Of a stretch of 64,000 nt of DNA, positions 54,869-64,000 are shown piece after piece (the stretch's first letter is position 1; the number at the start of each line of letters is the position of its first letter). The stretch comes from an uncultured Pseudomonadota bacterium (GTDB lineage: Bacteria > Pseudomonadota > Gammaproteobacteria > CAJXQU01): positions 95,302-159,301 of the forward strand of contig CAJXQU010000004.1 in assembly GCA_913058255.1 (NCBI GenBank), read 5' to 3'. Both the position numbers and the translations under genes were made by a program. The notes beneath the pieces are model-generated. The model had not been told where the DNA came from and did no database searches. It was given only the letters and a program-made list of their open reading frames with translations.

Positions 54869-54899
54869 GCCAACTCATAAATGAATATTATGAGTTGGC
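54869..54899. terminator. Perfect 12-bp hairpin downstream of the cytochrome c gene
   Basis: GCCAACTCATAA-atgaata-TTATGAGTTGGC, about 10 nt past the stop of the minus-strand cytochrome c gene. The U-tract is weak. Confidence 0.4.
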
Positions 54900-54908
54900 G
54901 AAACAGCC

Positions 54909-55217
54909 TTACTTTAAACTAGAGTAATATGCAGCAAGATTTTCTATGTCGTCACCAGTCAAGGCCGTTACCATCGAAGACATTAATGGATCTTTACGAG
55001 AACCTGACTTAAATGCTTTGATCTGTTTTGCTAGATAGCCTTTTTGTTGACCTTTAAGGTTAGGCCAGAGAGAGTTAGAACTCACACCTTCCACACCATG
55101 ACAAGCAATACATGTTTGAGATTTTGTTTTTCCAGCTTCAATATCTGCTGCCTTAATGTTTGTGCTAATTAGTAAGAATGTTGATGCTGCTAGTAGAATC
55201 ATAATTCTTGCTCTCAT
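54909..55217 (-). CDS. Class I c-type cytochrome (c551/c552-like) with signal peptide
   Basis: 102 aa; signal peptide, a single CIACHG heme motif, and a distal Met (PLMSSM). Confidence 0.85.
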   Translation of the reverse strand: MRARIMILLAASTFLLISTNIKAADIEAGKTKSQTCIACHGVEGVSSNSLWPNLKGQQKGYLAKQIKAFKSGSRKDPLMSSMVTALTGDDIENLAAYYSSLK

Positions 55218-55271
55218 GATTTTCTCCGAATCTATGAGACCTCACTGTATCAGCTACGTTGTTCTTTTTTC

Positions 55272-55285
55272 ATTGATCTATATCA
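55272..55285. promoter_or_regulatory. Perfect FNR/Dnr box TTGATCTATATCAA upstream of the cytochrome c gene
   Basis: An exact TTGAT-N4-ATCAA, centred 61 bp upstream of the minus-strand ATG at 55217. Confidence 0.6.
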
Positions 55286-55470
55286 AGTTTGTTCGGTTGC
55301 TCAATATGCTTTATATTCTGTTCTTATCAGAGAAATAAAGTGTAAATAGATACTGTAAAGCTATCTTGCATGCAATGGTTATTTTTGTAAACCCACTAGA
55401 ACTACCGTATTGTGTTGTGTAACGATGTAACACGGATTAGTTATATGGAATTAAAAAAAAGGGAAAAATC

Positions 55471-56154
55471 ATGTTTAAATCAAGTAAGCGTACTTCTAAT
55501 CGTTACCTTTTAGTTGTCACCCTCTCGTTATTTTTCACACCTTCTTACTCAATAGACCTTTTTGATATTGTCGGTGAGGTCGCGAGTGGCAGGATGGATG
55601 CTAAGAAGATTATTCGTGCAGCAAAGTCGATCGCAAAGGTTTCTACCGGTAGTGTCAAAAAGGGGGCCTCAACGCCGGAGGACAGTGAAGGTAAGGTGGT
55701 TTTATATACTGCTGATTATTGTGGTTATTGCCGACAGGCGATGGCTCATGTAGAAAGTAAAGGTATTCCCCATATCCAAAAGGATATTGAGTTCGATAGT
55801 GATAACAATGCAGAATTTAAGAGTCTAGGCGGTAACGGAGTTCCGTTTATTCTTATGGGTGAAAAGAGCATGAGTGGTTTTTCTAATGCAAGTTTTGATC
55901 GAATGTATGCACAGTTTAAGAAAGAAGTTAAAGCCATAGAGAAAAGCAAGCCAAAAGTATATGTTGCTGGTGATGTGCTGATTGGGAAACTTGCTAAGGT
56001 TTCTGTGTATATAAAAGCAAGTAAGACATCAAAAATCATCACTAAGATTACAAGCGATGCTCCTGGTGTTTACATGGGAGAAGAAAGTAATGGATTTTTC
56101 TCAGTAACAACCGATGCTGGAGATGGTTGGGTTGATAAGCTTTTGATTAAGTAG
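55471..56154 (+). CDS. Secreted glutaredoxin/NrdH-like domain protein with C-terminal SH3-like domain
   Basis: Signal peptide, then VVLYTADYCGYCRQAMAHVESKGIPHIQKDIEFD (a CxxC thioredoxin-fold motif), and a C-terminal region that looks like SH3b. AT-rich. Confidence 0.5.
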   Translation: MFKSSKRTSNRYLLVVTLSLFFTPSYSIDLFDIVGEVASGRMDAKKIIRAAKSIAKVSTGSVKKGASTPEDSEGKVVLYTADYCGYCRQAMAHVESKGIPHIQKDIEFDSDNNAEFKSLGGNGVPFILMGEKSMSGFSNASFDRMYAQFKKEVKAIEKSKPKVYVAGDVLIGKLAKVSVYIKASKTSKIITKITSDAPGVYMGEESNGFFSVTTDAGDGWVDKLLIK

Positions 56155-56419
56155 GTTTAATAGAAGCCTTTCAGATAAGAGTTTTGTTGATGTGAACTTT
56201 TTAATAAGTGTTCATGGTTTTGGCCAAAATAGCTTTATTGGTTGTTTAGTAGTCGCTTTTTTTCTGTTTTCACAAGTGAAACTTTAAGATAAATAGATAA
56301 AAGTGGTACTGGCGAACGAATATCGTTTGAATCTCTATTATTGATGATTTAAAAAAAAGCATCAGCCATATCAACTATTTCTAGAGGTGTGTGATGGTGA
56401 GAGTTGTAAACCATATTTT

Positions 56420-57985
56420 ATGAGAAATAAAATGGGTAATTTATATAGAGCACTATTCTATTCTTTTATTTTTATGATGGCGCCATCTCTATATGCGCAA
56501 TCATCATGGACGATCAATAAATATAAGATTGTGCAACAATCTCCAGACGAAAAGAGACATTCAGCGAAACAAGAGGCTGCTCTCCAAAAGGAACGTGATG
56601 AAGACTTTTCAGGTCAAATTCCCGGACTTCGGACAGCCCAAATTAAAGAGCTAGAGAACTACCTAGAAGATGTTGGTAAAAAATATCAAAAACTAGGGTT
56701 CAATGAGCCAAGTATCACCACTAAGACAAAAAAAAATGATGCTTATGAAATATTTTTTCATGATTATCCGGATACTTATCCGGTAGCTTATTTTCTTCAG
56801 AAATATTCTGTAAGTGGAGTTGTTAAGCAAGCAACACATATCAGAGATAATATTTCTTTAGATAGTTCACGAGCTATCCCAAAATCTAATAATTTTAATT
56901 TAACATCAAAAGCCTATGAAGATTTAGCTCATGAGCTTTTTCATGCCATTCAAAAAAGTTATCCCGTGTTTAAGAGTCATAGTGACTTAGGCGACTGGAT
57001 TACTGAAGGAACAGCGACTGCTATAGGCGAAGATATTGCCCTTCAGCTTGGGAAATTAAATGTTGTTGATCGATGGGGGAGCTCAAAGAGTTCATCTATG
57101 CGTCGTTGGGGGTTACGTACTTATTCAAATACCTTATGGGTTCCTGATCTAGAAGGTGAAGTGTCTACACTTTATTCCAGCCAAGAAGGCCATCGGACAT
57201 CTGGCTTTTGGCGATTTATTGGTGAGTATATTAGTAGTGGTGGACATCCTGGTGTTGAGCAGGTGAAGCCTCCCAGTTATAGATATCTAGCCAAGTTATT
57301 TGAAAGACCTATTTATGGACCAACAAATGACTTAAAAGAACTTGATTGGTTGGACTCTTTTCTCAAAGAGAATAAGAGCCAAGTTGGTAAAGGATTAGGC
57401 TCAATTTATCCGTACTTTATTACTGTTTTTACTCATTACGCAACGGGACGGATGAAATTTAAACGGAAGGCCATAATCAATGCATGGCACAAGTGCTTAT
57501 TTACGAGTGGGTTAGATTGCCGTAAGACAATTGACATAAAGTCTGATCAGGAAGCTTGCGAAAAAGTGACTATTGATGAAAGTGCTACAGCAAAAGAATC
57601 ATCGACCATAGATTTTCGCCCCGTGTCTGGGCGCTGTATTAAAGTCGAGTACTCAGGCTCTTCAGTAACCTTAGATACTACGATAAAGATAGAAAGTGAC
57701 GATGAGAATGTTGTTAAGTCAATCCGAAATATTGGGATGCAAACCAAGAATAAAAAAATAAAGGTTTTAGTTTCGAAGATTGGTCAATTAGCAGGTGGTA
57801 CATTTTTTGGGGAGTGGACATTTCAAAATGTAGTCTTTCAAAGGGAAACACGTAATGGAGAACAAGCTGTCTTGTTTTTAGTATCAAATGTTGCAGAGTT
57901 TGCATCAGAAACAGCCGAGAGTCCCAGTGTTAAATTTACTTTTAACTATTCCATGAGTAAGACAAACCTTAATCTTTCAAAATAA
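56420..57985 (+). CDS. Secreted hypothetical protein with HExxH (zincin-like) motif
   Basis: Signal peptide MRNKMGNLYRALFYSFIFMMAPSLYA. It carries an LAHELFHAIQ motif, and a Glu 23 residues downstream could be a third ligand. There is no wider family match. The track ORF starts at GTG 56387. Confidence 0.5.
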   Translation: MRNKMGNLYRALFYSFIFMMAPSLYAQSSWTINKYKIVQQSPDEKRHSAKQEAALQKERDEDFSGQIPGLRTAQIKELENYLEDVGKKYQKLGFNEPSITTKTKKNDAYEIFFHDYPDTYPVAYFLQKYSVSGVVKQATHIRDNISLDSSRAIPKSNNFNLTSKAYEDLAHELFHAIQKSYPVFKSHSDLGDWITEGTATAIGEDIALQLGKLNVVDRWGSSKSSSMRRWGLRTYSNTLWVPDLEGEVSTLYSSQEGHRTSGFWRFIGEYISSGGHPGVEQVKPPSYRYLAKLFERPIYGPTNDLKELDWLDSFLKENKSQVGKGLGSIYPYFITVFTHYATGRMKFKRKAIINAWHKCLFTSGLDCRKTIDIKSDQEACEKVTIDESATAKESSTIDFRPVSGRCIKVEYSGSSVTLDTTIKIESDDENVVKSIRNIGMQTKNKKIKVLVSKIGQLAGGTFFGEWTFQNVVFQRETRNGEQAVLFLVSNVAEFASETAESPSVKFTFNYSMSKTNLNLSK

Positions 57986-58043
57986 GTTAAAAATACCCGA
58001 TATCTTTATATGATATTACTGTTAATAGGCTAAGGTTTAAGAT

Positions 58044-59303
58044 ATGAAAAAATTGAGTTTTATAATAACTTTATTTACGCTAAATATTTTTTTTCCAAAC
58101 ATCGTTCAAGCAGAATCATTCACGAACTACACTGCTTTAGCCGGTGAAACACAGCGATCACCGAATGTTAAAATTAGAAAGAACTGTAAACACTATTATT
58201 GTGGACCTATTAGTACGATTAATATTTCTATGGATTCAATACTTGAGGAAGATTTACATAATTATAATGCTGGAGATAACAATAGCTTTGAGCAAATGAT
58301 TGGAAAGGGAGAGGAAGTTGATAAGTATGCCCCCGCTGCTGTTATGAAAGAGATGATCGAAGCCCAACGGAGGGCTGAAAACGGCACTAAAATCACGATC
58401 AAAATCCCACTAATTGATTATGGCTACTCAGGAACATTTAATAATGTTTTGATTAAGGTCTCTTCAAAAGGTGAGGCTTACAAAAGTACCATTCAAGACT
58501 TGGTCGGTGGTGAGGTTACAGAGCTAACAGGAACGGTTAATATCGAAACCTATTCTCCGTTTGTATTAAAAGGTAGTTATACGGCGAGTTTAAAACAATA
58601 TAAAGCGATAGACCCTCGAGAGCTAAAATGTCCAGCGTTCTCAGATCCTTCAACACCCCCTTGTATTAAATTCACATTAGAAGGCACTGGTTCTATTGAT
58701 GGAGAATTTAACATTGTAAGCCCTTGGAAAGATGATGATCGCATCAATGATAGTCTTGATATTAATTCATCTTTTGTTGATCCGATTAAAAATGACATTA
58801 AAGGCATGCTTGTCCAATATCAAATTGATATTGATGTTGATAAAGAATTCGAAAAGATAGAAGGAAATAGACGGCAGTCGAAAGGCTCACGATCTAGTGG
58901 AGGTAGTGTTTATGGAGACTGTAACTGTAGTTGTAATTTTTCAAGCTCAGCGACAGAAAAATGCAAGACTTCCTGTCGTCGAGTATTTGAAGCTTGTAAT
59001 GGGGTTAGGTACTCCCCAGTAAAAAGAAAAATAGTTAATATAGATAAAACTAATGTTATTTCAACGTTACCCAAAGTGCCTGGAGGTAAACTATTTGGAG
59101 TAGATCAAGCTTTGGTTGATAGCCTTGAACAAGGCACTGCGGAAATACCTTCAAACTTACGCGACAAGTATATTGCGACATTAAAAACTAAGCTGCCTGG
59201 GCCAGAGAACATGCCAATGAGAGACATGATGTTAAAAGGTTTTGACGAAATGCCGGATGATAAATCTAAAATGTTTATGCTTATGAGCATTGAAGGGATG
59301 TGA
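58044..59303 (+). CDS. Secreted hypothetical protein with Cys-rich segment (GDCNCSCNFSSSATEKCKTSCRRVFEACNG)
   Basis: Signal peptide MKKLSFIITLFTLNIFFPNIVQA; 419 aa; no recognisable domain; AT-rich. Confidence 0.5.
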   Translation: MKKLSFIITLFTLNIFFPNIVQAESFTNYTALAGETQRSPNVKIRKNCKHYYCGPISTINISMDSILEEDLHNYNAGDNNSFEQMIGKGEEVDKYAPAAVMKEMIEAQRRAENGTKITIKIPLIDYGYSGTFNNVLIKVSSKGEAYKSTIQDLVGGEVTELTGTVNIETYSPFVLKGSYTASLKQYKAIDPRELKCPAFSDPSTPPCIKFTLEGTGSIDGEFNIVSPWKDDDRINDSLDINSSFVDPIKNDIKGMLVQYQIDIDVDKEFEKIEGNRRQSKGSRSSGGSVYGDCNCSCNFSSSATEKCKTSCRRVFEACNGVRYSPVKRKIVNIDKTNVISTLPKVPGGKLFGVDQALVDSLEQGTAEIPSNLRDKYIATLKTKLPGPENMPMRDMMLKGFDEMPDDKSKMFMLMSIEGM

Positions 59304-59523
59304 ATTAAGATTTATGAATCTACGAGCCATAAGGTGCCCGTCCTACCAAATAGATCTGAGCCATATAATTATGCTCGATTACTGTTCTAATAAATCCAAT
59401 GTTATATGAGTGGCAAGAAAATTTTAGTACTTACTCACCTTAATAACTAAAATTTTCAATCTAAAATACTATGAGATCTGACAGTGAAAACACGGCCAGA
59501 TCTCGTGAGCGATTATTAAATTC

Positions 59524-60540
59524 CTATTGATCGTTGGTTATTACAACCTTGCCAAAATGTTTTGCCGAAGCTAAATACTGATAAGCCGCTAAAGAGTCAT
59601 TAAATGTGAATGTTTTATCAATGACAGGCTTGATATTTTGTTCTGAGATGAGTTTATTCATCGCAGTAAACATTTCAACACTCCCGACATAAATGCCTTG
59701 TACTCGTAGTAGGTTAAAGACGACCGATAGGTTAAAGGCAGCGCCTTCTGCACCGGTCAGTAAACCGATCATGGAGACGGTACCGTTCACCTTGGTTGAG
59801 GCTATCGATTTTTCAAAAGTGCCGACACCACCGACTTCCAAGACATTATCAACTCCCTTACCATCAGTAAGGTTAAGAACTTCCTGCTCCCAATCAGGGT
59901 GGTTAACATAGTTGATGGTATAATCTGCCCCCATTGATTTAGCACGTTCCAGTTTCTCATCGCTGGAAGAAGTGATGATCACATTTGCTCCCATTGCTTT
60001 GGCGAATTGCAAAGCAAATATAGAAACGCCTCCGGTGCCGAGTAATAAAATGGTTTCACCCGCTTGAAGATTTCCTTGTGCAACCAAGGCATGCCATGCC
60101 GTTACGGCGGCACAAGGTAGGGTTGATGCTTCTTCAAATGAGAGGTGTTCGGGGATGGCAACGGCGGCATTTGCTTTCAACACAAAATAATCTGCGAGCA
60201 CACCATTAATCGAGCCACCTAAAGCGGAATGTAGCCCTGCGTCGTTCATCGACCCATCGATCCACTCTTGAAAAAAGTTTCCTGCAACACGAGCACCGAC
60301 TTGAATATTGTTGACGGCATCACCAATCGCGACAACCTCACCAGCGCCATCTGAGATGGGAATAATCGGTCGAACATCGTTGCGTACATAACCGCCGAGA
60401 GGGATTAATAGATCACGGAAGTTGAGCGAGCAGGCTTTCATTTTTACTAGCACTTCATCTGCCGCTATTGTCGGTGTTTCTTGATCGATAAGCTTTATAT
60501 CTTCTACGCCATTTGCCGTTTGAACTTGATATGCTCGCAT
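59524..60540 (-). CDS. Zinc-type alcohol dehydrogenase / NADPH:quinone oxidoreductase (MDR superfamily)
   Basis: 338 aa with a GxGxxG-type nucleotide motif (LLGTGGVSIFALQFAKAMGA) and an MDR fold. Confidence 0.8.
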   Translation of the reverse strand: MRAYQVQTANGVEDIKLIDQETPTIAADEVLVKMKACSLNFRDLLIPLGGYVRNDVRPIIPISDGAGEVVAIGDAVNNIQVGARVAGNFFQEWIDGSMNDAGLHSALGGSINGVLADYFVLKANAAVAIPEHLSFEEASTLPCAAVTAWHALVAQGNLQAGETILLLGTGGVSIFALQFAKAMGANVIITSSSDEKLERAKSMGADYTINYVNHPDWEQEVLNLTDGKGVDNVLEVGGVGTFEKSIASTKVNGTVSMIGLLTGAEGAAFNLSVVFNLLRVQGIYVGSVEMFTAMNKLISEQNIKPVIDKTFTFNDSLAAYQYLASAKHFGKVVITNDQ

Positions 60541-60754
60541 AAAGTTACTCTCTAATATTTTCTTTAAAAATAGGTTGCGGAAAGTTTAAAACACACATAG
60601 TGGATTTACGATCTAGCTTGTATGATTTTTATGAACCATTCAAGAGATAAAACTGTTTCGGTTTATACGACTATCAATGGCTGTTTTTGTGCAATAGGTA
60701 ATGTAATACCGGTAAAGTACACCTTAAGTAAAGAGTGACGAGATGGCTTGATGC

Positions 60755-62455
60755 TTAATGAGGTTTATCCCACTCAGGACTAATCTCAGCATAATATTCA
60801 TCTCTAAATTGATTCACGATCTGATCGATGTCTGTACTCTCAAACCCATATTGTCCCATCGCTGCTGCACCCAGTTGTAAACTTGTTTCCATCGTTTCAG
60901 AGATGGCTAATGTTGCACCTGCATGCTGGAGTTTATGACAATGCTCTTGATTATGAGCACGGGCAAAAATTTTCAGCTTTGGGTAATGCTCATGAGCAAT
61001 AGTTACGAGTCGTTCTGTAGCCTCTAGGTCATCGAGCGTAATGATCAGTGCTTTAGCCTCTGCCGCCCCAGCTGCCTTGAGGATTTCTGCTCGACTGACG
61101 TCACCGAAGAATACAGGGATCCCCCGCGCATGTAAGCGCGCAATCCGCTCGGCTTTATTATCAAGTGCGACGTAAGGTGTTTTGCTACGATCAAGAAGTT
61201 TCGCTACACGACGACCGACTCGACCAAACCCCGCAATAATGACTTTTGGTGTTTTTTCTAATGTGTTGATTTCACTTAGGGGATGTTTGTTTGATCGACT
61301 GATGTATTGACGGTCAAGCTTCCCTAGTAGCTTTTCTAATAGAGGCGTTGATGCCATCGACAGAGCGACAACGACGGTTAGCAATTGCGATAGTTCGGTT
61401 GACATAATGCCTTGCATGGTCGCCAAGCCAAAGAGTATGAAAGCAAACTCACCACTTTGTGAAAGTAATACAGCGATATGCATACGATCGCTCATATTGG
61501 CCCCGAATACTTTACTGAGCAGAGCCAGTATAAGAATTTTCAAGGTTAACAGCCCAACCAATAGGCCAAAAATTAACCAACCTTGAACGCCGAGTAGGCC
61601 AAAATCGATCGCCATCCCGACAGACATAAAAAACAGGCCAAGTAATATGGCGCGGAATGGATTTATATCAGCTGTGATCTGATGACGAAACTGTGATTCT
61701 GAGAGCATTAAGCCCGCTAAAAATGCCCCCAAAGCCATTGATAATCCCGCTTTTTCCATGAGCCAGCCAGTACCAAGGAGCGCTAGTATTGCTGCTGCGA
61801 TAAAAACTTCGGCTGCGTGGCTGCTTGCAACAATCCGTAAGAAAGGATTAAGCAAATAACGGCCAATAAGGAGAACTACAAAGATGGCGACCACGGCATC
61901 GAGTAAGGCAAACTCAACTCCGACAACAACGGAAGTGTCTTCTGCGAGTAATGAAACCAGTGTTAAAAGTGGAACGACAGCAAGGTCTTGGAGTAATAGT
62001 ATAGAGAATGCTGTACGACCGTAGTGAGTATTCAGCTCACGATTTTCTGTGAGTAATTGCATCGCGAAAGCAGTGGAAGATAAGGCCAAAGCAAAACCTG
62101 TGATAATCGCTGCTCGTACCTCAACTCCTAGAAAATAAGCAACAGTGGTGATCAGCAAGCCAGTTATCATGACTTGTAAACTTCCTAGCCCGAAGACTAA
62201 ACGTCGCATGCGCCAAAGTCTGGAAGGTTTGAGTTCTATTCCGATCAGAAATAACAGAAAAATCACGCCAAATTCTGCGATATGGCGAATGTCTTCAACG
62301 GCACTGATCAAACTAAAGCCCCAAGGGCCAACAATAGCGCCAGCGATTAAATAACCAAGTACGGTTCCAAGTTTGAGAAAACGAAACAGGGGTACTGTCA
62401 GCACAACGGCTATTAATAAAATTAAGATCTGAACAAGAATATTATTGTCATGCAT
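60755..62455 (-). CDS. kefB: CPA2-family monovalent cation/proton antiporter with C-terminal TrkA-N (KefB/KefC-like)
   Basis: 566 aa; a 12-13 TM Na_H exchanger domain plus a C-terminal Rossmann domain (VIIAGFGRVGRRVA). Confidence 0.85.
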   Translation of the reverse strand: MHDNNILVQILILLIAVVLTVPLFRFLKLGTVLGYLIAGAIVGPWGFSLISAVEDIRHIAEFGVIFLLFLIGIELKPSRLWRMRRLVFGLGSLQVMITGLLITTVAYFLGVEVRAAIITGFALALSSTAFAMQLLTENRELNTHYGRTAFSILLLQDLAVVPLLTLVSLLAEDTSVVVGVEFALLDAVVAIFVVLLIGRYLLNPFLRIVASSHAAEVFIAAAILALLGTGWLMEKAGLSMALGAFLAGLMLSESQFRHQITADINPFRAILLGLFFMSVGMAIDFGLLGVQGWLIFGLLVGLLTLKILILALLSKVFGANMSDRMHIAVLLSQSGEFAFILFGLATMQGIMSTELSQLLTVVVALSMASTPLLEKLLGKLDRQYISRSNKHPLSEINTLEKTPKVIIAGFGRVGRRVAKLLDRSKTPYVALDNKAERIARLHARGIPVFFGDVSRAEILKAAGAAEAKALIITLDDLEATERLVTIAHEHYPKLKIFARAHNQEHCHKLQHAGATLAISETMETSLQLGAAAMGQYGFESTDIDQIVNQFRDEYYAEISPEWDKPH

Positions 62456-62829
62456 AAGCCATCAACTTAATTAAGTCATAAATTACCGAGCTTGTTTCTG
62501 ATATGTTCGATATAAGCAAGTAAATACCACGTAAAATATAATGTGATCATATATGAACATTATGCATAAAAGCTAGCGGGTCATTTTATGTCTCCAACAA
62601 TATCTGAAAGGAAGGTGATGATATTTTCATATCGATAGCTACAAGCTTTAGAGGTTGTTTATCTTACAAAAGGTGTCGAGCTTGATATGATTAGTTGAAT
62701 ACTGACAGAGTTCGGTAAACTATTATCAAACATATCTATGCCATTGTAAGTGATGAATTCACTCTTAAATATGAAGAACATTTTACCCTCTACATGAACT
62801 TAACTCGTGATTAATAATTAAGGAGAGGA

Positions 62830-63834
62830 ATGGATCCTTTAACTCAAGGTATCGTTGGTGCCATTACGGCACAGTCCATAACACAACGCTCACAATTAGC
62901 ACTTGCTGCTATTTGCGGCGCACTAGCAGGCATGGCGGCAGATCTTGATGTTTTAATACACTCAACTCACGATCCCCTTTTAGCGCTGGAGTTTCATCGA
63001 CAGTTCACGCACTCATTATTCTTTATTCCCATTGGAGGAGCTTTGTGCGCAACTATTTTTTGGTGGGTGTTTACTAGACGATCTAACGTCTCATTTAAAT
63101 TAACATTACTTTGGAGTACGTTAGGTTACGCTACACATGGACTTTTAGATGGCTGTACAAGCTATGGAACGCAACTCTTGTGGCCACTTTCTGATGCTCG
63201 ATACAGCATAGATATAGTTTCTGTTATCGATCCATTGTTTACCCTACCTGCTTTGGCATGTCTCGTTATGAGTACAATTTATAAACGACCTGTCTGGGTG
63301 TTGGCTGCTGTGTTCTGGTGTGTGTTGTACTTGTTTATTGGGTTCATTCAACATAACCGAGCTATAACGTTGGGAACGGAGCAAGCGCAATTACGTGGAC
63401 ACACTCCCGTGCGGTTAGAGGCAAAACCGAGCTTTGCAAACTTAATGGTCTGGAAAATCGTGTATGAAGCAAAAGGCCGTTTTTTTGTTTTAGCTGTTCG
63501 CCCAGGTTGGAAAGCTACAAAAATATGGGAAGGGGATAGCGTACAGAAGTTAAACGTGCAGCGTGATCTGCCTTGGCTAGATCCAGACTCACAACAAGCA
63601 AAAGATATTTCACGGTTTAGCTGGTTCTCGAGTGGCTTTATTGCGCTTGATAGAAATGATCCTACTCACATAGTCGATATGCGTTATTCTCTCTTGCCTG
63701 ATCAAATTAAACCGCTCTGGTGGATTAAATTATCAGCGGATGCAACATCGGATGAACACGTTCACTTTGAAACGGGACGTGGCGAAGGACGACAAAGCGC
63801 ATTGGCTTTATGGAAAATGATCACAGGGAAATGA
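62830..63834 (+). CDS. Membrane-bound metal-dependent hydrolase (DUF457 / YdjM-like)
   Basis: 334 aa; N-terminal MDPLTQGIVGAITAQ...HRQFTHSLFFIPIGG with His-rich TM segments typical of DUF457 proteins. Confidence 0.6.
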   Translation: MDPLTQGIVGAITAQSITQRSQLALAAICGALAGMAADLDVLIHSTHDPLLALEFHRQFTHSLFFIPIGGALCATIFWWVFTRRSNVSFKLTLLWSTLGYATHGLLDGCTSYGTQLLWPLSDARYSIDIVSVIDPLFTLPALACLVMSTIYKRPVWVLAAVFWCVLYLFIGFIQHNRAITLGTEQAQLRGHTPVRLEAKPSFANLMVWKIVYEAKGRFFVLAVRPGWKATKIWEGDSVQKLNVQRDLPWLDPDSQQAKDISRFSWFSSGFIALDRNDPTHIVDMRYSLLPDQIKPLWWIKLSADATSDEHVHFETGRGEGRQSALALWKMITGK

Positions 63835-64000
63835 ATCATTGTTTAAAAAAATGACTTTAGTGTGACTCAAGATCTAGATGGATTTTCGTATCGAAGCTTA
63901 AAAAAATGAAAGAAATGCTGATCTATCAAGTTTAGATGGTTAAGTTAGATCTGAGACGCGTAGAATGTAAGCCATTCCTATCAATTGATAGTCCATAGGG

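Overview
This window looks like a chromosomal segment from a non-enteric gammaproteobacterium. A conserved housekeeping backbone is interrupted by two accessory blocks that both deal with nitrogen oxides.

Backbone genes:
- ssb (partial), an MFS transporter and uvrA
- a PfkB-family kinase, ispH, a type IV pilin and an FAD oxidoreductase
- a hypothetical protein, recJ and a REC-GGDEF-EAL regulator
- prfB (with its classic programmed +1 frameshift) and lysS
- recN and nadK
- a CIRCE element, then hrcA-grpE-dnaK-dnaJ-dapB
- a quinone oxidoreductase, kefB and a DUF457 hydrolase

Accessory block 1 (about 16-27.4 kb):
- a methyl-accepting chemotaxis protein and an outer-membrane porin
- an insertion-sequence (IS) transposase remnant in a 930-bp dead zone
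- an H-NOX nitric-oxide sensor with its HnoK-type histidine kinase
- a double-CDGSH / glutamate-synthase-FMN-domain fusion protein
- an NnrU-family membrane protein
- a HUH (Y1) transposase flanked by GCCTGTCC-containing repeat arrays
- an odd 167-aa protein that ends in a truncated actin-like/RuvC-like phosphate-1 motif

Accessory block 2 (about 36-59 kb) is a complete denitrification island:
- a Dnr-box-controlled porin and napFDABC
- dnr/nnrR, norCB, and two duplicated [4TM protein - norE - norF] modules
- a hemerythrin-like protein, norQ, a zinc-ribbon mini-protein and norD
- nirK, an unknown periplasmic protein, SCO1/SenC and a PCuAC copper chaperone
- a class I cytochrome c
- an AT-rich sub-block encoding three secreted proteins of unknown function: a glutaredoxin-SH3 protein, an HExxH metalloprotease-like protein and a Cys-rich protein

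FNR/Dnr-type boxes (TTGAT-N4-ATCAA) lie upstream of norC, nirK, the cytochrome c gene and the porin. The first norE copy is interrupted at a T7 run that coincides with a U_UUU_UUA slippery heptamer. No rRNA or tRNA genes or CRISPR arrays were recognised.
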